This document shows, piece after piece, positions 45,835 through 59,269 of a DNA stretch of 64,000 nt. Position 1 is the stretch's first letter. The number at the start of each line of letters is the position of its first letter. This DNA is from Heterodontus francisci (taxonomy: Eukaryota): assembly GCF_036365525.1 (NCBI RefSeq), contig NC_090388.1:38323062-38387061 (forward strand), written 5' to 3'. A model generated the notes under the pieces. It did not search any database and had not been told where the DNA came from. It saw only the letters and a list, made by a program, of their open reading frames with translations. A program made the position numbers and the translations under genes.

Positions 45835-46398
45835 ACGACTCCCCAAAGCCTGTCCACCATCTACAAGGCACAAGTCAGGAGTGCGATGGAATATTCTCCA
45901 CTTGCCTGGATGGGTGCAGCTCCAACAACACTCAAGAAGCTCGACACCATCCAGGACAAAGCAGCCCGCTTGATTGGCACCCCATCTACAAACATTCACT
46001 CCCTCCACCACCGACGCACAGTGGCAGCAGTGTGTATCATCTACAAGATGCACTGCAGCAATGCACCAAGGCTCCTTAGACAGCACCTTCCAAACCCGCG
46101 ACCTCTACCAACTAGAAGGGCAAGGGCAGCAAATACATGGGAACACCACCACCTGCAAGTTCCCCTCCAAGTCACACACCATCCTGACTTGGAACTATAT
46201 CGCCGTTCCTTCACTGTCGCTGGGTCAAAATCCTGGAACTCCCTTCCTAACAGCACTGTGGGTATACCTACCCCAAATGGACTGCAGCGGTTCAAGAAGG
46301 CAGCTCACCATCACCTTCTCAAGGGCAATTAGGGATGGGCAATAAATGCTGGCCTGGCCAGTGACGCCCACATCCCATGAATGAATAAAAAAAAAAAT
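45835..46398 (+). mobile_element. Non-LTR retrotransposon 3' fragment (same family as 9684-10670)
   Basis: YKAQVRS.MEYSPLAW; ends atgaatgaata(a)n. Confidence 0.9.
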
Positions 46399-48146
46399 TT
46401 CCACGAGTCCTGGGACAAAAATAAAGGATATACCGTATTCGAAACTGTGTTTTTCCCAATATGTGGTTCTTATATTGGGAACAGATTTTGGTTTTCAGTA
46501 TATGGTTTAAAATTGATCACTTTAGAAACATACCATTGCATAAACGTCATATTTAACTGTTGCAATATGATGGCATGGTTTCTGTCAATAAGCAAGACTT
46601 CATACAACCCATCTACTACTACAACCCCTCCCGTGGTAGTCCCATTTAGGGTCACAGAAATTATATCAGTGGTGATATATCATATCATTGGAAATAAAAA
46701 GATAAAATAACATATATGATGCCAAGTGCAGATTACCATTGTCTATCTACATAAATATATATAGATATATGTAAATATTGATAGACTGGGTTGTTAGCTT
46801 TACATTAAATTTTATTTTAAAAGTGGGAAATCTTTTCATCTGTGCTGCAAAGGCTACTTAGACTGCACATTGTGATGTCAGATGTAAGTCTTTATTTTGC
46901 TATTTGCTCACTGAGGTCTGTTGCCCATTGACATCAATTAGCTTGCCAATTAGTGAAACCTAATTTCTCACACATGAAGACTCTTCAAATAGTCATGGTT
47001 AACAATTGAAGTTCAAAGATATAATGAGAGATAACAATGAATGGTTTTGATGAATTAGATATGGGTGCAGGTCTTACTTGGCCTGTGCTTCTACATGAAA
47101 AATTTACCACATCATAATGATCCAAACCAAGTCAGTATGCACGTGCTTCTATAGTATGCTCCTGGGTATCAAATATTCTGTATATAATACCACAATATGT
47201 GGAAGAGTAATCTGTACTTGAGATAATCTCAGGTGATGAGAAATAACATAGTGTACACACACTTTAGTGATAGAAAACAAATGAATGCAAGTCTGAAGAC
47301 TATGTGATCAGACAACATCATGCTTGGATAGTCAACATGCTTTTCCACGGCATAAATTCTACATGGTATCCCTGAACAAACACTAAGTAAAGATGTACCA
47401 AATGTCACCTTTCAGCACAATGTGACTATGAAAAACAAGCTAAACAGTTACAACTATAAATTAGAAAACATGTTCACAGTATGACTACTTTTAATGTATT
47501 TAATACGGGAAAGCAAGGATTCAAAATATATTCACATATCAAAACCATTTATCATTAATTCCCTTATATGCAAAATAATGATGGAATTAGTATGCTTCCA
47601 GATGAAATTACTGCAAGATTATAGGTATTACTCCATGTCCAGAAATACACTCATGCAGAATAATGCTTGGCTTTATTTTAGTTCCATGTTTATTCGATTT
47701 ATCTCTTTTTATCAGACTATTTGGCTTTCATGACCTTTGTACATCATTATAAATGTGTACCAAATTTGAACTTCACAAAAATAATATAATTTTTATGACT
47801 TTGCAACTGAATTTTAGCAAGCATCAGCGTAAAGCATCCTGCAAATAACAAGTAGTGCATATTCTCTTTATAATATTGAAGGCAATAGGACATTTAAGTA
47901 TACAATTTTAATTACATTACTTTCAGTGCAATGAATGGAAGCATTGCAACTCTTTTTGCCTTCTTGCAGAAATGCAGTAAAGTCTGCTAATGTATTCACA
48001 GTGTTGCATAGCACTACATGTTATTGCAGCCTGTTCTAGGTATATGTGCAGTAAAATGGTATTTATTTACAGTGACCTAGTAAACATGATACCGTTCTAG
48101 CCACCTAGAGGTTGTGAGTTCATATGCCACCATATGATTGAATTCA

Positions 48147-50536
48147 GAGATGGCGTCTCTGATGTGGGCCCACTTGGTCCCTGCATCCCCTGTGGGAGTG
48201 TTTTGGAGGGCTTTTTCAAGTGAATTTAGAAACTTGCGTAACAGCTGTGGATGAGAAATTCTGCAATGATGACTCAGCAATGACCACCTATGGCAATTGT
48301 GTGAAGCGGAATGCAGACTGGTTTCAAACTCACATTGAAGAGCTGGAACCTGTCATAGCCTCTAAGCGCATTGCGCTGCTGAACCACAAGAAAGGCCCCA
48401 GTGAGTTAACATCCGTAGCACTTAAAGCTGCCAGAAGCACTGCACAAAGAACAGCCAGGCGCTGCGCAAATGACTACTGGCAACACCTATGCAGTCATAT
48501 CCAGCTGGCCTCTGACACAGGAAATATCAGAGGGATGTACGATGGCATTAAGAGAGCTTTTGGGCCAACCGTCAAGAAGATTGCCCCCCTCAAATCTAAA
48601 TCAGGGGACACAATCACTGACCAACGCAAACAAATGGACCGCTGGGTGGATCACTACCTGGAAATGTACTCCAGGGAAAATGTTGTCACTGATATCACCC
48701 TCAATGCAACCCTGTCTCTGCCAGTCATGGATGAGCTGGACGAACAGCCAACAAAATTGGAACTCAGTGATGCCATTGATTCTCTAGCCAGCGGAAAAGC
48801 CCCTGGGAAGGACGGCATTACCCCTGAAATCATCAAGAGTGACAAGCCTGCTATACTTTCAGCTCTGCACGAACTGCTTTGTCTGTGCTGGGACGAGGGT
48901 GCAGTATCACAGGACATGTGCAATGCCAATATCATCACCCTCTATAAGAACAAGGGTGACAGCGGCGACTGCAACAACTACCGTGGAATCTCCCTGCTCA
49001 GCATAGTGGGGAAGGTCTTCGCTCGTGTCGCTTTAAACAGGCTCCAGAAGCTGGCTGAGCATGTCTATCCTGAGGCACAGTGTGGCTTTCGAGCAGAGAG
49101 ATCCACCATTGACATGCTGTTCTCCCTTCGTCAGATACAGGAGAAATGCCGTGAACAGATGCCCCTCTACGTTGCTTTCATTGATCTCACCAAAGCCTTT
49201 GACCTCGTCAGAAGATGTGGTCTCTTCAGACTACTAGAAAAGATTGGATGCCCACCAAAGCTACTAAGTATCATCATCTCATTCCATGACAATATGAAAG
49301 GCACAATTCAGCATAGCGGCGCCATCATCAGACCCCTTTCCTATCCTCAGTGGCGTGAAACAGGGCTGTGTTCTCGCACCTACACTGTTCGGGATCTTCT
49401 TCTCCCTGCTGCTCTCACATGCTTTCAAGTCCTCAGAAGAAGGAATTTTCCTCCACTCAAGATCAGGTGACAGGTTGTTCAACCTTGCCCGTCTAAAAGC
49501 GAAGACCAAAGTAGGAAAAGTCCTGATCAGGGGACTCCTCTTTGCTGACGATGCTGCATTAACATCTCACACAGAAGAGTGTCTGAAGAGACTCATTGAC
49601 AGGTTTGCGGCTGCCTGCAATGAATTTGGCCTAACCATCAGCCTCAGGAAAACGAACATCATAGGACAGGACGTCAGAAATGCCCCATCTATCAATATCG
49701 GCGATCACACTCTGGAAGTGGCTCAAGAGTTCACCTACCTGGGCTCAACTATCACCAGTAACCCGTCTCTCGATGCAGAAATCAACAAGCGCATGGGAAA
49801 GGCTTCCTCTGCTATGTCCAGACTGGCCAAGAGAGTGTGGGAAAACGGCGCACTGACACAGAACACAGAAGTCCAAGTGTATCAAGTCTGTGTCCTCAGT
49901 ACCTTGCTCTACGGCAGCGAGGCCTGGACAACGTACGTCAGCCAAGAGCGACGTCTCAATTCATTCCGTCTTCGCTGCCTCCGAAGAATCCTTGGCATCA
50001 GGTGGCAGGACCGTATCTCCAACACAGAAGTCCTCGAGGCAGCCAACATCCCCAGCATATACACCCGACTGAGCCAGCGGTGCTAGAGATGGCTTGGCCA
50101 TGTGAGCCGCATGGAAGATGGCAGGATCCCCAAGGACACATTGTACAACGAGCTCATCACTGGTACCAGACCCACCGGCCGTCCATGGCTCCGCTTTAAA
50201 GACGGCTGCAAACGCGACATGAAGTCCTGTGATATTGATCACAAGTCATGGGAGTCAGTTGCCAGCGATCGCCAGAGCTGGCGGGCAACCATATAGGCGG
50301 GGCTAAAGTGTGGTGAGTCGAAGAGACTTAGCAGTTGGCAGGAAAAAAGACAGAAGCGCAAGGAGAGAGCCAACTGTTCAACAGCCCTGATAACCAATTT
50401 TATCTGCAGCATTTGTGGAAGAGTCTGTCACTTTAGAATTGGCCTTTATAGCCACTCCAGGCGCTGCTCCACAAACCACTGACCACCTCCAGGCGTTTAC
50501 CCATTGTCTCTCGAGACGAGGAGGCCAAAGAAGAAG
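48147..50536 (+). mobile_element. RTE-clade LINE, 5'-truncated with 5' inversion
   Basis: RT motifs NYRGISLL, FIDLTKAFD, KQGCVLAP and FADD. Segment 48147-48264 is inverted. 15-bp TSD atatgatt(g/c)aattca at 48132-48146 and 50537-50551. Confidence 0.95.
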
Positions 50537-50599
50537 ATATGATTCAATTCAATATGTCTCGTAATTTGTAGGCTGGTACTAGAATGAGAGGCTATATTT

Positions 50600-51410
50600 A
50601 CTATATTTCTGCTCGGTCTTGGGGTAAGGGAGCATCAATCGTTGGTTGGAATGGTTCCTGCTGCATTTCTGTGCTCATTGAGGAGGAAAGGGTAAGTATG
50701 GAGTGAAAGGGGGGTTATCATACCATATTGTTGCTTAGTAGGCAGAGAATCCAATGTGGGATTAAAGTATGTTTTCAACATTCCTGCTGCTTGTGGGGAG
50801 AAGATTATGCTTTGTTTCTTCAGTGGTGCCAAAAATCCAAATGGGGGTTGGGGGTTTAATCAATGCAGGGGTTGAATGTAGGTTTGTGTTTTGATTGTAG
50901 GATTGCTACTCAGAGTGGTTGGTTTGGATTTGTTGGTGAGTCCGGCATTAGATATCTACTGGCTTTTAATTTCCTTTGTTATTCACATGCCATTCTGTTT
51001 TTCAAAACTGTACCCATACTTCTGTACTAGTTTGTTGTATGCTATTTTGTTTTGTTCAGTATGATTGGTGTCCATGATTTATGCTCAGCAGGTGAGATGG
51101 CTGCAATTCTTGTTCAGAGGCGAGGTCCACGATATTTCATGATTGGGGGTTTGTCCCTGATTCTGGCTTAGATGGCAGGAGATCGATTACCTTCAGAAAT
51201 TACCCTGATAACACCCTCAGAAGTTGAGGATTTAAATTAGTTACTGGGCCCTGCTCAGGCCTCTTCTTCACTGTCAGCGCAATATGGAACCATTCCGACT
51301 TTCTAGGTCTCGATTACAGCAGTTGCGACTGATGAACCCTTGCATATGTAGCCAATCCACCCCAACTATACAAATGGCACGATCTAATTTGGAATATTCC
51401 CATCGGAATT
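50600..51410 (-). mobile_element. Possible very old retroviral/LTR pol relic
   Basis: Minus-strand CIVGVDWLHMQG resembles an aspartic protease ILGxDxL motif; little else is recognisable. Confidence 0.25.
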
Positions 51411-52199
51411 CAGAGGACACAGAACCATTGAGGTTTATAGGACAGAAGGCGGCCATTCAACTCAGCATGTCTGTGCCAGTGTTTTGCTAAAATATAATAC
51501 TAATCCTACCACCCCACTCTTTGCCCAGAGCCCTATATATTCTTCTAATTCAAATATTTATCCAGTTTCCCATCTCCTTGAAAGATGAAATGGTTTTTCC
51601 TTGTGGCAAAACATTTCATGCTCTGACATCCCTCTGTATAAAGAATTTTCTCCTAACTTCTGTCTTTGCTGTCCGAGTGACAATGTTGCATTGGTCACTT
51701 CTTGCCATTAAATACTCAACCAAATAAAATAGACGTTCATGATTTTAAAAAGTCTCTGTTAAATCTCCTCAACTTCTCTGCTCCAGTGGAAATAGTCTCA
51801 GTATTGTCTCATAAATTCCCATCCCTGACATCATTCCAGCAATACATTGTACGCTCTCAATGGTTTTAATGTCCTAGTAATAGGGTGCACACAGTACTCT
51901 CCAACTGTGACCTGAATAATACTGTCTACAAATTTATCATTTGTTCTTTACTCTTATACTCTACATCCCTATTTATAAAAAAACAAAATACTGATTCTCC
52001 TTTTTTGCAAAATGTGTATATTTTGCTGGAGCCTTTTACATTTTTCAAATCTCCAACTCTTGTATTATCAACAAAATGGAAGATTCTACTTCCTATGCCC
52101 AAGTGCAAATCATCTAAATCTATGGAAAACAAAAGCAGACCCAACACTGACACTTCCTATTCCTCTTCAATTCACACAACATTTTTACCTTAATTCTTT

Positions 52200-52853
52200 G
52201 GCCGGACTTTTAAGCCACCCAAACGAGCTGGATGGTGGTGTAAAATGGAGCGGGAGGCTTTCCCGACCCTCTCCTGCCTCCGCCGCCCTTTACGTAGGGC
52301 AGGGGGGTGAAAAACGGCCCGCTCGTCCCAGGCCAATCAAGGCCCTTAAGTGGCCACTTAACAGCCTTCGCCCGCCTCCATGCTGATTTTACTCATGGCA
52401 AACGGGTGTCCTGGAGCCAGGAAAAGCCGCCTGGGAAAACTAGGCGGCTGCCGATTGTCCCGGGGCGGTGGGGGGCGGGGCCCTGCACATCGGGCACAGG
52501 ATGCCTGATGGAGGGGGCCCCCGATACCCCAACAACCCCCAGCACCCAACATGCCCCCCCTAGCTCCCAACCGCACACCCTTGCCTTGCCGGGGCCCGAC
52601 TGATTACCCCTGGTGAGGCAACCAAAACTTACCAATCCTCCCGGCTCCACGTCTTCTTCTATCTTCGGCTGGGCTGCAGTCCCAGTAGTGGCCACCGCTC
52701 CCGGTGGCACTGCTGGGACTAAGGGCTACCGGCCCGCTGATTGGCTGGGGACCTGTAAAATACGGAACAGATCCCCAGGCGAGGCAGAAGCAGATTCACC
52801 ACCGACTTTTACATCGAGGCCGGCTCCCGTTCACCCACCGTAAAATTCCGGCC
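52200..52853. mobile_element. Harbinger-type GC-rich MITE
   Basis: TIR ggccggactttta / taaaattccggcc; flanks ttt/tct. Confidence 0.85.
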
Positions 52854-52894
52854 TCTGTTTCCTATCCACACTGCTACAATTCCTCTTTTACCCT

Positions 52895-53953
52895 TGTCAC
52901 ACTCACGCAAGGAACAGTTATGAACTAAAGTGAACTGGAGCAATTATGAACTGTAAAAATGAACTGATGAACTAAACTCCAAAAAGTGGACACACTTTTC
53001 CTGCAGACAAGATGGAATAAGAGGTCAATTGACCTCTCCTGTACTGCAAATATACATAGTGACTGTTGGAGAAATCTGGACTAGTTCTGGGGGAAGGCAC
53101 ATTAAAATGCTAAACAGTCTATTCAATGCTAAATGACTCCTATCTTCAAGAATTGGATTGACAAAGGCCTTGCAGACAGGGAGACTCTGGATTCAAAGTC
53201 AAGATAAGATACTAGGTGGGACATAACACCACTTAACCAAGATAAGCCACATTCAAACTCCATTGTGTAGTTACAGCCACACATTCAAAGACATTGTATG
53301 AACACATCGGGGAGAACACCTATGGTCTTCTGACCGAAACCAAACCTGATAAGGACTTTTCTTTAAAAAAGAGCTCATTGAAAGACAGAGACAGAAAGCC
53401 AGCCAGCCAGAAAGCTGATGGATGCATTCCAGCCAAGAAGACAATCTGCCTGTAAGATCTTTAAACCAGAGAAGCAGAGACTGCAAGGTGACCCTGAAAA
53501 CTCCCCACCTGAGAAATCGTGAAAGGATTTCTCGCCACTGACTTTGACTGAATCTTAACCAGAGAAGTCGGCAATACTTCAGTGAACCAAGAAAAGGAAC
53601 ATCAGGCTGCAATACTGTTAAAAATTCCTCCTGGAAAGTCAAGAAGGTTTCAAAGTGATATCTCTTTACAACAATCCAACTTAAATGCATGCTATCCTCT
53701 AATCTCTATCTCTTCTTGTGTGTCTGCATGTGTGTGCTTGAGTGAGTGGGTGAGATTGTGAATACGTTTTGGGTATTGTTTAATAAATAATTCATCTTCC
53801 TTTTAATCCTATGAGAAAACCTGTTGTTTGTCTGTTTATTTGACCTCTAAAACACTCAGGGACTAAAACGATATTTTTTTAAAACATTGTCTACGGTCAG
53901 TTATGAGGTGAAAACTGGAAGTCATCGACACCATCTCCTCCCTGTCTGTAACA
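52895..53953 (+). mobile_element. Solo LTR
   Basis: TGT...ACA termini, 4-bp TSD ccct/ccat, and a 3' part like the other LTRs (aataaa..gaaaacctg..cctg..tgtaaca). Confidence 0.75.
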
Positions 53954-54281
53954 CCATATGCCTAAATTTTTCTAATAGGTCTCCTCTGCAACACCTTATT
54001 TAACATTTTATGAAAATCCACATAGATAAAGGGATTGCAGTAGATGTAGTCTATCAGTCACCCTTTCAAAAGACTCCATAAAATGTATCAGATGCATTTT
54101 TCCATTAATAAATCTGTGCAGGCTGTCCTGGATTAATTCATGCATTTCAAAATGCGCACTAATTTTATCTTGAATTAGAGATTCTAAGAGATTGTCCACA
54201 ACTGACATTTGACTGACTGCTCACTGTTCTATATTTACTCAGTTTATTCTTCTCTCCCTTCTTGAACAAAGGTGTTACATT

Positions 54282-54953
54282 GGCCAGAAGTTTACATGGT
54301 GGCAGATGCCCCAACAATCAGCTTAAAAGTCAGGTGCAAGCCTGCCTCCGCTGGGCAATTTTGCGTGGCCCAGGACCTTAATTGGCTTCGGGTGGGACTT
54401 CCGCCACACTGAGGCAGGAAGTCCTGCCTCCAAGAGCTGCCAGCCAATCAGCGGGTCGGCAGCTCTTCAGTTCCAGCCGCGCCACCAGGAGCAGTGGCCA
54501 CTGCTGGGACTGCACCCAACATGAGGACCAAGAAGGGCGCCGGCACCAAAAAAGGTATGTGTGGGTTCCGACCTTGCCGAGGACAATCAGCTAGGACCCG
54601 GCAAGGGGGTTGGGGGCTGATCAGGAGGGCTGGGAGAGGTGATCCAGCGGGGGCAGCTTGTATTGCTGGGGGTGCCATCTGTGACACACAGGGTGATAAA
54701 GTGCCCGCTGTCGCTGGTAATATAACAGCGGCAGCGGGAGGCGGCCCTTAAGTGGCAACTAATTGGCCACTTAAGGGTCTCAATTGGCCTGGGGCGGGCA
54801 GGACATTTGCCATTTTCCCCACTGCTGGTAAAACGGCAGCAGTGGCGGGTAGGCGATGGGAACGGCACTTCCAGCCTCCCACTTGATTTTACAGCCTCAC
54901 TGCCTCCAGCCCGGTCCCAGGGGAGTGGTTGTTGGGGGGGTAAATTTCCATCC
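54282..54953. mobile_element. Harbinger-type GC-rich MITE
   Basis: TIR ggccagaagtttac / gtaaatttccatcc and TSD ATT; homologous to 27606-28359. Confidence 0.85.
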
Positions 54954-55877
54954 ATTGTATACTCTACAGTCATATGGTATGTGAATTAATTTTTCCTTCA
55001 TTGAACTTAATATATCAGCTATATTCTTATTCCTTATTGCTTCCATTATCCATGAATGATCTTTCCCTTTCTTTAAATATTTATTTACTTTTTATATACA
55101 TATACAATCCCTTACAATTTCCTTTTATTGTTAGTCCTTTTTCACATTTCTATTTAGACCTTCTAATCTTTCTTTTCATTTCCCCATGACACATTCTCAC
55201 GATTTTCCTCATGATTTTCTTCATCAGTTAGCCTTAATTTTTATCTATTTTATGTATGAATTTAGTTTTAATCTATTTACTAATCAATGATGCATTCCTT
55301 TTTTATAGGAATATTTATTTTGTAATCTATCCATCTCCTATTTGAAGTTTTCTCACAGCTGATCCATCAACCTGTTTATCATCTTTTCTGCCCAGATAAT
55401 TTGGGCCAGATGCCTTCTTATCTTACAGAAATCTGTTTTTTTCCAGTCCAGCACCCATATTTATGGTTTTCATTATCCTTTCCGATTCTATCATTGACCT
55501 TAACTATGTTGTGGTCAGTAAATATGAATTGCTATCCTGCTTTCACTTCAGTTATTTGTCTCACTTCATATTTCACAGCTAAGTCAAACAGTACTTTATT
55601 CTTTGTTGCTCTAGAAACATACTGATCTAGGAGGTAATTTTGAATGCATTCCAACAAGTGATACCCACATTGAACATATATGCTTTCTTTATTCCAGTCT
55701 ATCTTTTGATTGTTAAGATCAACCAATATTACTGCCCTTGTATATCTCTCTGACCAGTCTGCACATCTGCCCCTCTCTCGAATATCCACTGTTTTTGGTG
55801 ACCTGTAATGCAAACCAAGGATATAATTTCTCTTCCAATTTCATAATCCTATTCAGATGAGCAGTCATTTTGTTTGA

Positions 55878-56208
55878 GGCGGCACAGTGGTGCAGTGGTT
55901 AGCATCACAGCTCGAGTGACCTGGGTTCAGTTCTGGGTACTGCCTGTGCGGAGTTTGCAAGTTCTCCCTGTGACTGTGTGGGTTTCTGCTGGGTGCTCCA
56001 ATTTCCTCCCACAGCCAAAGACTTGCAGGTTGATAGGTAAATTGGCCATTGTAAATTGCCCCTAGTGTAGGTAGGTGGTAGGAGAATGGTGGGGATGTGG
56101 TCGGGAATATTGGATTTAAGTAGGATTAGTATAAGTGGGTGGTTGTTGGTCGCCACAGACTAGGTGGGCTGAAGGGCCTGTTTCAGTGCTGTATCTCTCT
56201 ATGACTCT
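55878..56208 (+). mobile_element. HE1-like V-SINE
   Basis: Homologous to 12883-13225 in the opposite orientation. Confidence 0.9.
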
Positions 56209-56564
56209 CATTTTCAACTTCACTGCTTGGGCAGTAACCTGGAGGAGCAGAGCACCCATCTATCCTCGTACCCATCCAATTTTATTCTACTTGAAATTGT
56301 TTTTCTGGTTTTCTCATTTTTGATATCCTTTCCTATAGCAGTGCTATAATCTCTTACTATTTTAAAGCCAGTTTCTTTCCCTTTCTCCTCTTAAATTCCT
56401 TTAACTAATTTTAGCTAAATCTTCCACTACTATTCCAATAGATTTATTAATTCCGCTTTCCTTCTCGAGTCTGAAACTTATGCTTTCCCTGCTCCTGCCA
56501 CGTTAGTTTAAATCCACAGCCCACCATAAGTTGTTTGACACTGATGAACGCCATTCCTTCAAAA

Positions 56565-57895
56565 TAGAGTCAAAGAGTTATACAGCGTAGAAACAGGGTC
56601 TTCGGCCCATTGTGCCCGTGCCGGCCATCAAGCACCTATCCATTCTAATCCCATTTTCCAGCACTTGGCCCGTAGCCTTGTAAGCTATGGTGTTTCAAGT
56701 GCTCATCTAAATACTTCTTAAATGTTGTGGGGGTTCCTGCCTCGACCATCCCTTCAGACAGTGTGTTCCAGATTCCAACCACCCTCTGGCTGAAATTTTT
56801 ATTTCTCAAATCCCCTCTAAACTTCCTGCCCCTTACCTTAAATCTATTCCCCCTGGTTATTGACACCTCTGCTAAGGGAAAAAGTTTCTTCCTATCTACC
56901 CTATCTATGCCCCTCATAATTTTGTATACCTCAATCAGGTCTCCCCTCAGCTTTTTCTGCTCTAAGGAAAACAACCCCAGCCTATCCAGTCTCTCCTCAT
57001 AGCTGAAATGCTCCAGCCCAGGCAACATCCTGCTGAATCTCCTCTGCACGCTCTCCAGTGCAATCACATCCTTCCTATAGTGTGGTGACCAGTACTGTAC
57101 ACAGTACTCCAGCTCTGGCCCAACTAGCGGTAACCTCCCTGCTCTTATATTCCATGCCTCGGCTAATGAAGGCAAGTATCCCATATGCTTTCCTAACCAC
57201 CTTATCTACCTGTGCTGCTGCCTTCAGTGATCTATGGACAATTACACCAAGGTTCCTCTCTACTTCCTAGGGTCCTACCATTCATTGTATATTCCCTTGC
57301 CTTCTTAATCCTCCCAAAATGCATAACCTCACACTTCTCAGGATTAAATTCCATTTGCCACTGCTCTGCCCGTCTTACCAGCCCATCTATATCATCCTGT
57401 AATCTAAGGCTTTCCTCCTCACTATTTACGACACCACCAATTTTCATGTCATCTGCGAACTCACTGATCATACCTCCTATATTCATGTCTAAATCATGAA
57501 CGTACACTACAAACAGCAAGGGTCACAGCACCGATCCCTGGTCACAGGCTTCCAATCTCAAAAACAACCCTCGACCATCACTCTCTGCCTCCTGCCACTA
57601 AGCCAATTTTGGATTCAATTTGCCAAATTGCCCTGGATCCCATGGGCTCTTACCTGCTTGACCATTCTCCCATGTGGGACCTTATCAAAGGCCTTACTGA
57701 AGTCCATGTAGACTACATCAACTGCTTTACCCTCATCTACACATCTAGTCACCTCCTTGAAAAATTCAATCAAATTTGTTAGACTTGACCTCCGCCTAAC
57801 AAATCCATGCTGACTATCCTTGATTAATCCCTGCCTCTCCTAGTGGAGATTAATCCTGTCCCTCAGAATTTTTCCAAGAGTTTCCCTACCACTGA
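56565..57895 (-). mobile_element. CR1 LINE fragment
   Basis: FADDMK, WQMEFNPEKC and LEYCVQYWSP. Confidence 0.95.
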
Positions 57896-58191
57896 TAAAG
57901 TATACTGAATTAAATAGTATACTGTCTTGCTTCTAAACTCACTGATGTCACACATTGACCTTTCTAACTTTCCTCCCCTTAACAATGGATGGCACAGGAA
58001 GCAATCCAGAGGTTTTCAATCTCATGTCTAATTCTTTAAACATAAACAGAAAGTGCTGGAATTACTATTTCCAGTACTCTGTTTTTGTTTCGGATTTCAA
58101 GCATCCGCAGTATTTTACTTTTACTTTAGTGTCTAATTCTTTAAACCCTCTCTGCAAGACTTCAAATGTATATCATGTAAGCCATGACTGA

Positions 58192-58570
58192 ATGGGTAGA
58201 AATCTTTCCTCTGAGTCAGAATATCGTGAGTTCAAGCCCCACTCCAGAGACTTCAGTACAGAAACTAGGCTGACACTTCAGGGAATGCTGTACTGTTGGA
58301 GCTGCTGTGATTTGGATCAGTTGTTAAACCAAGGTCCTGTCTGCCCTCTCAGATTGATGTAAGAGATCCCATGCCACTGGTCAAAGAAGAGCAGGAGAGG
58401 TCTCTCTGGTGTCCTGGTCAATATTTAACCCTCAACCGAAATGACTAAAATAAATGATCTGGTCATTATCACATTGCTGCTTGTGGGAGATTGCTTTGTG
58501 CAAATGTGTTGCTGTGTTTCCTTCATTCCAGCATTGACTACAAAAATACTTTAAGATTTCCTGAGGTCAT
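58192..58570 (+). mobile_element. Deu-domain SINE
   Basis: Head cctctgagtcagaa..gagttcaagcccc plus the Deu core. Confidence 0.8.
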
Positions 58571-59269
58571 GACTTCTGAGTCAATGAGCAGAATGTTCAT
58601 TGACCCGAACAGCAGGGAGAGGGTCTATCAGAAAGTCAGTGATCGGTTCACTGCCAGGAGGCCCAGATTTGGATCTTGGTGTAGGGGGGCGGTGGGGATT
58701 GGGGCCTGGTGGAGAGGGGTGCGGGGGGAAGTCAGAGGCCTTGGGGGAAGGCCATTTGGGGGGACTTTGATCACAGGAGCTCCACAGGCAGGCACCTCAA
58801 GGAAGCTGCCGGCTTCTCTGCGACTAGGAAAACCTGGCCAGCTGCTGTTATATTTTAAAAGCTGCATGACAATAAGGCTTGCAGCTTCATCATCATATCA
58901 TCATATTTAAAGCTACAACCTGTCTCCTTGGGCAAGGTTAGCTGCCCACTGACCATCCATTTTCAATAAAAGCTGGAAGTGGGCAAGTTGGAGGCTGGTT
59001 TGGATCGTCAAATAGTTTTCTGATGCGTAAACCCCTCTCCCCACCCCATGCAACCCAAACCCACCTGTTGTTTCCAGTTAAAACCCAGCCTCAAGTCACT
59101 GGCTACCTCCAATTTGTCCAACACTATGTAGCTATTGGACAGTTCTAGTAACCCATGCATTTCCTGCACTTTTGAATCTCATTTCCATTTGCTGCCCCTA
59201 TGGGATCAACATCCACTTCTCTTGTGCTGCACTATCCTCATGTCTTGAATTGTCCAGCACTGCCTTTTG

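Larger units (their letters stand above)
51410..56500 (-). mobile_element. Old CR1 LINE with nested MITEs, solo LTR and SINE
   Basis: Minus-strand SVLGLLLF..DDL..FVDNTRV and NLLESLIQDKI..HRF; the CR1 sequence resumes across each insertion. Confidence 0.8.

Noticed and set aside
47078-47177. Minus-strand exon-like segment with AG/GTAAG borders
   Set aside because: Stops in all three frames.
48220-49470. 416-aa ORF start MNLETC...
   Set aside because: The N-terminus is read through the inverted segment of the RTE, and the element is frameshifted.
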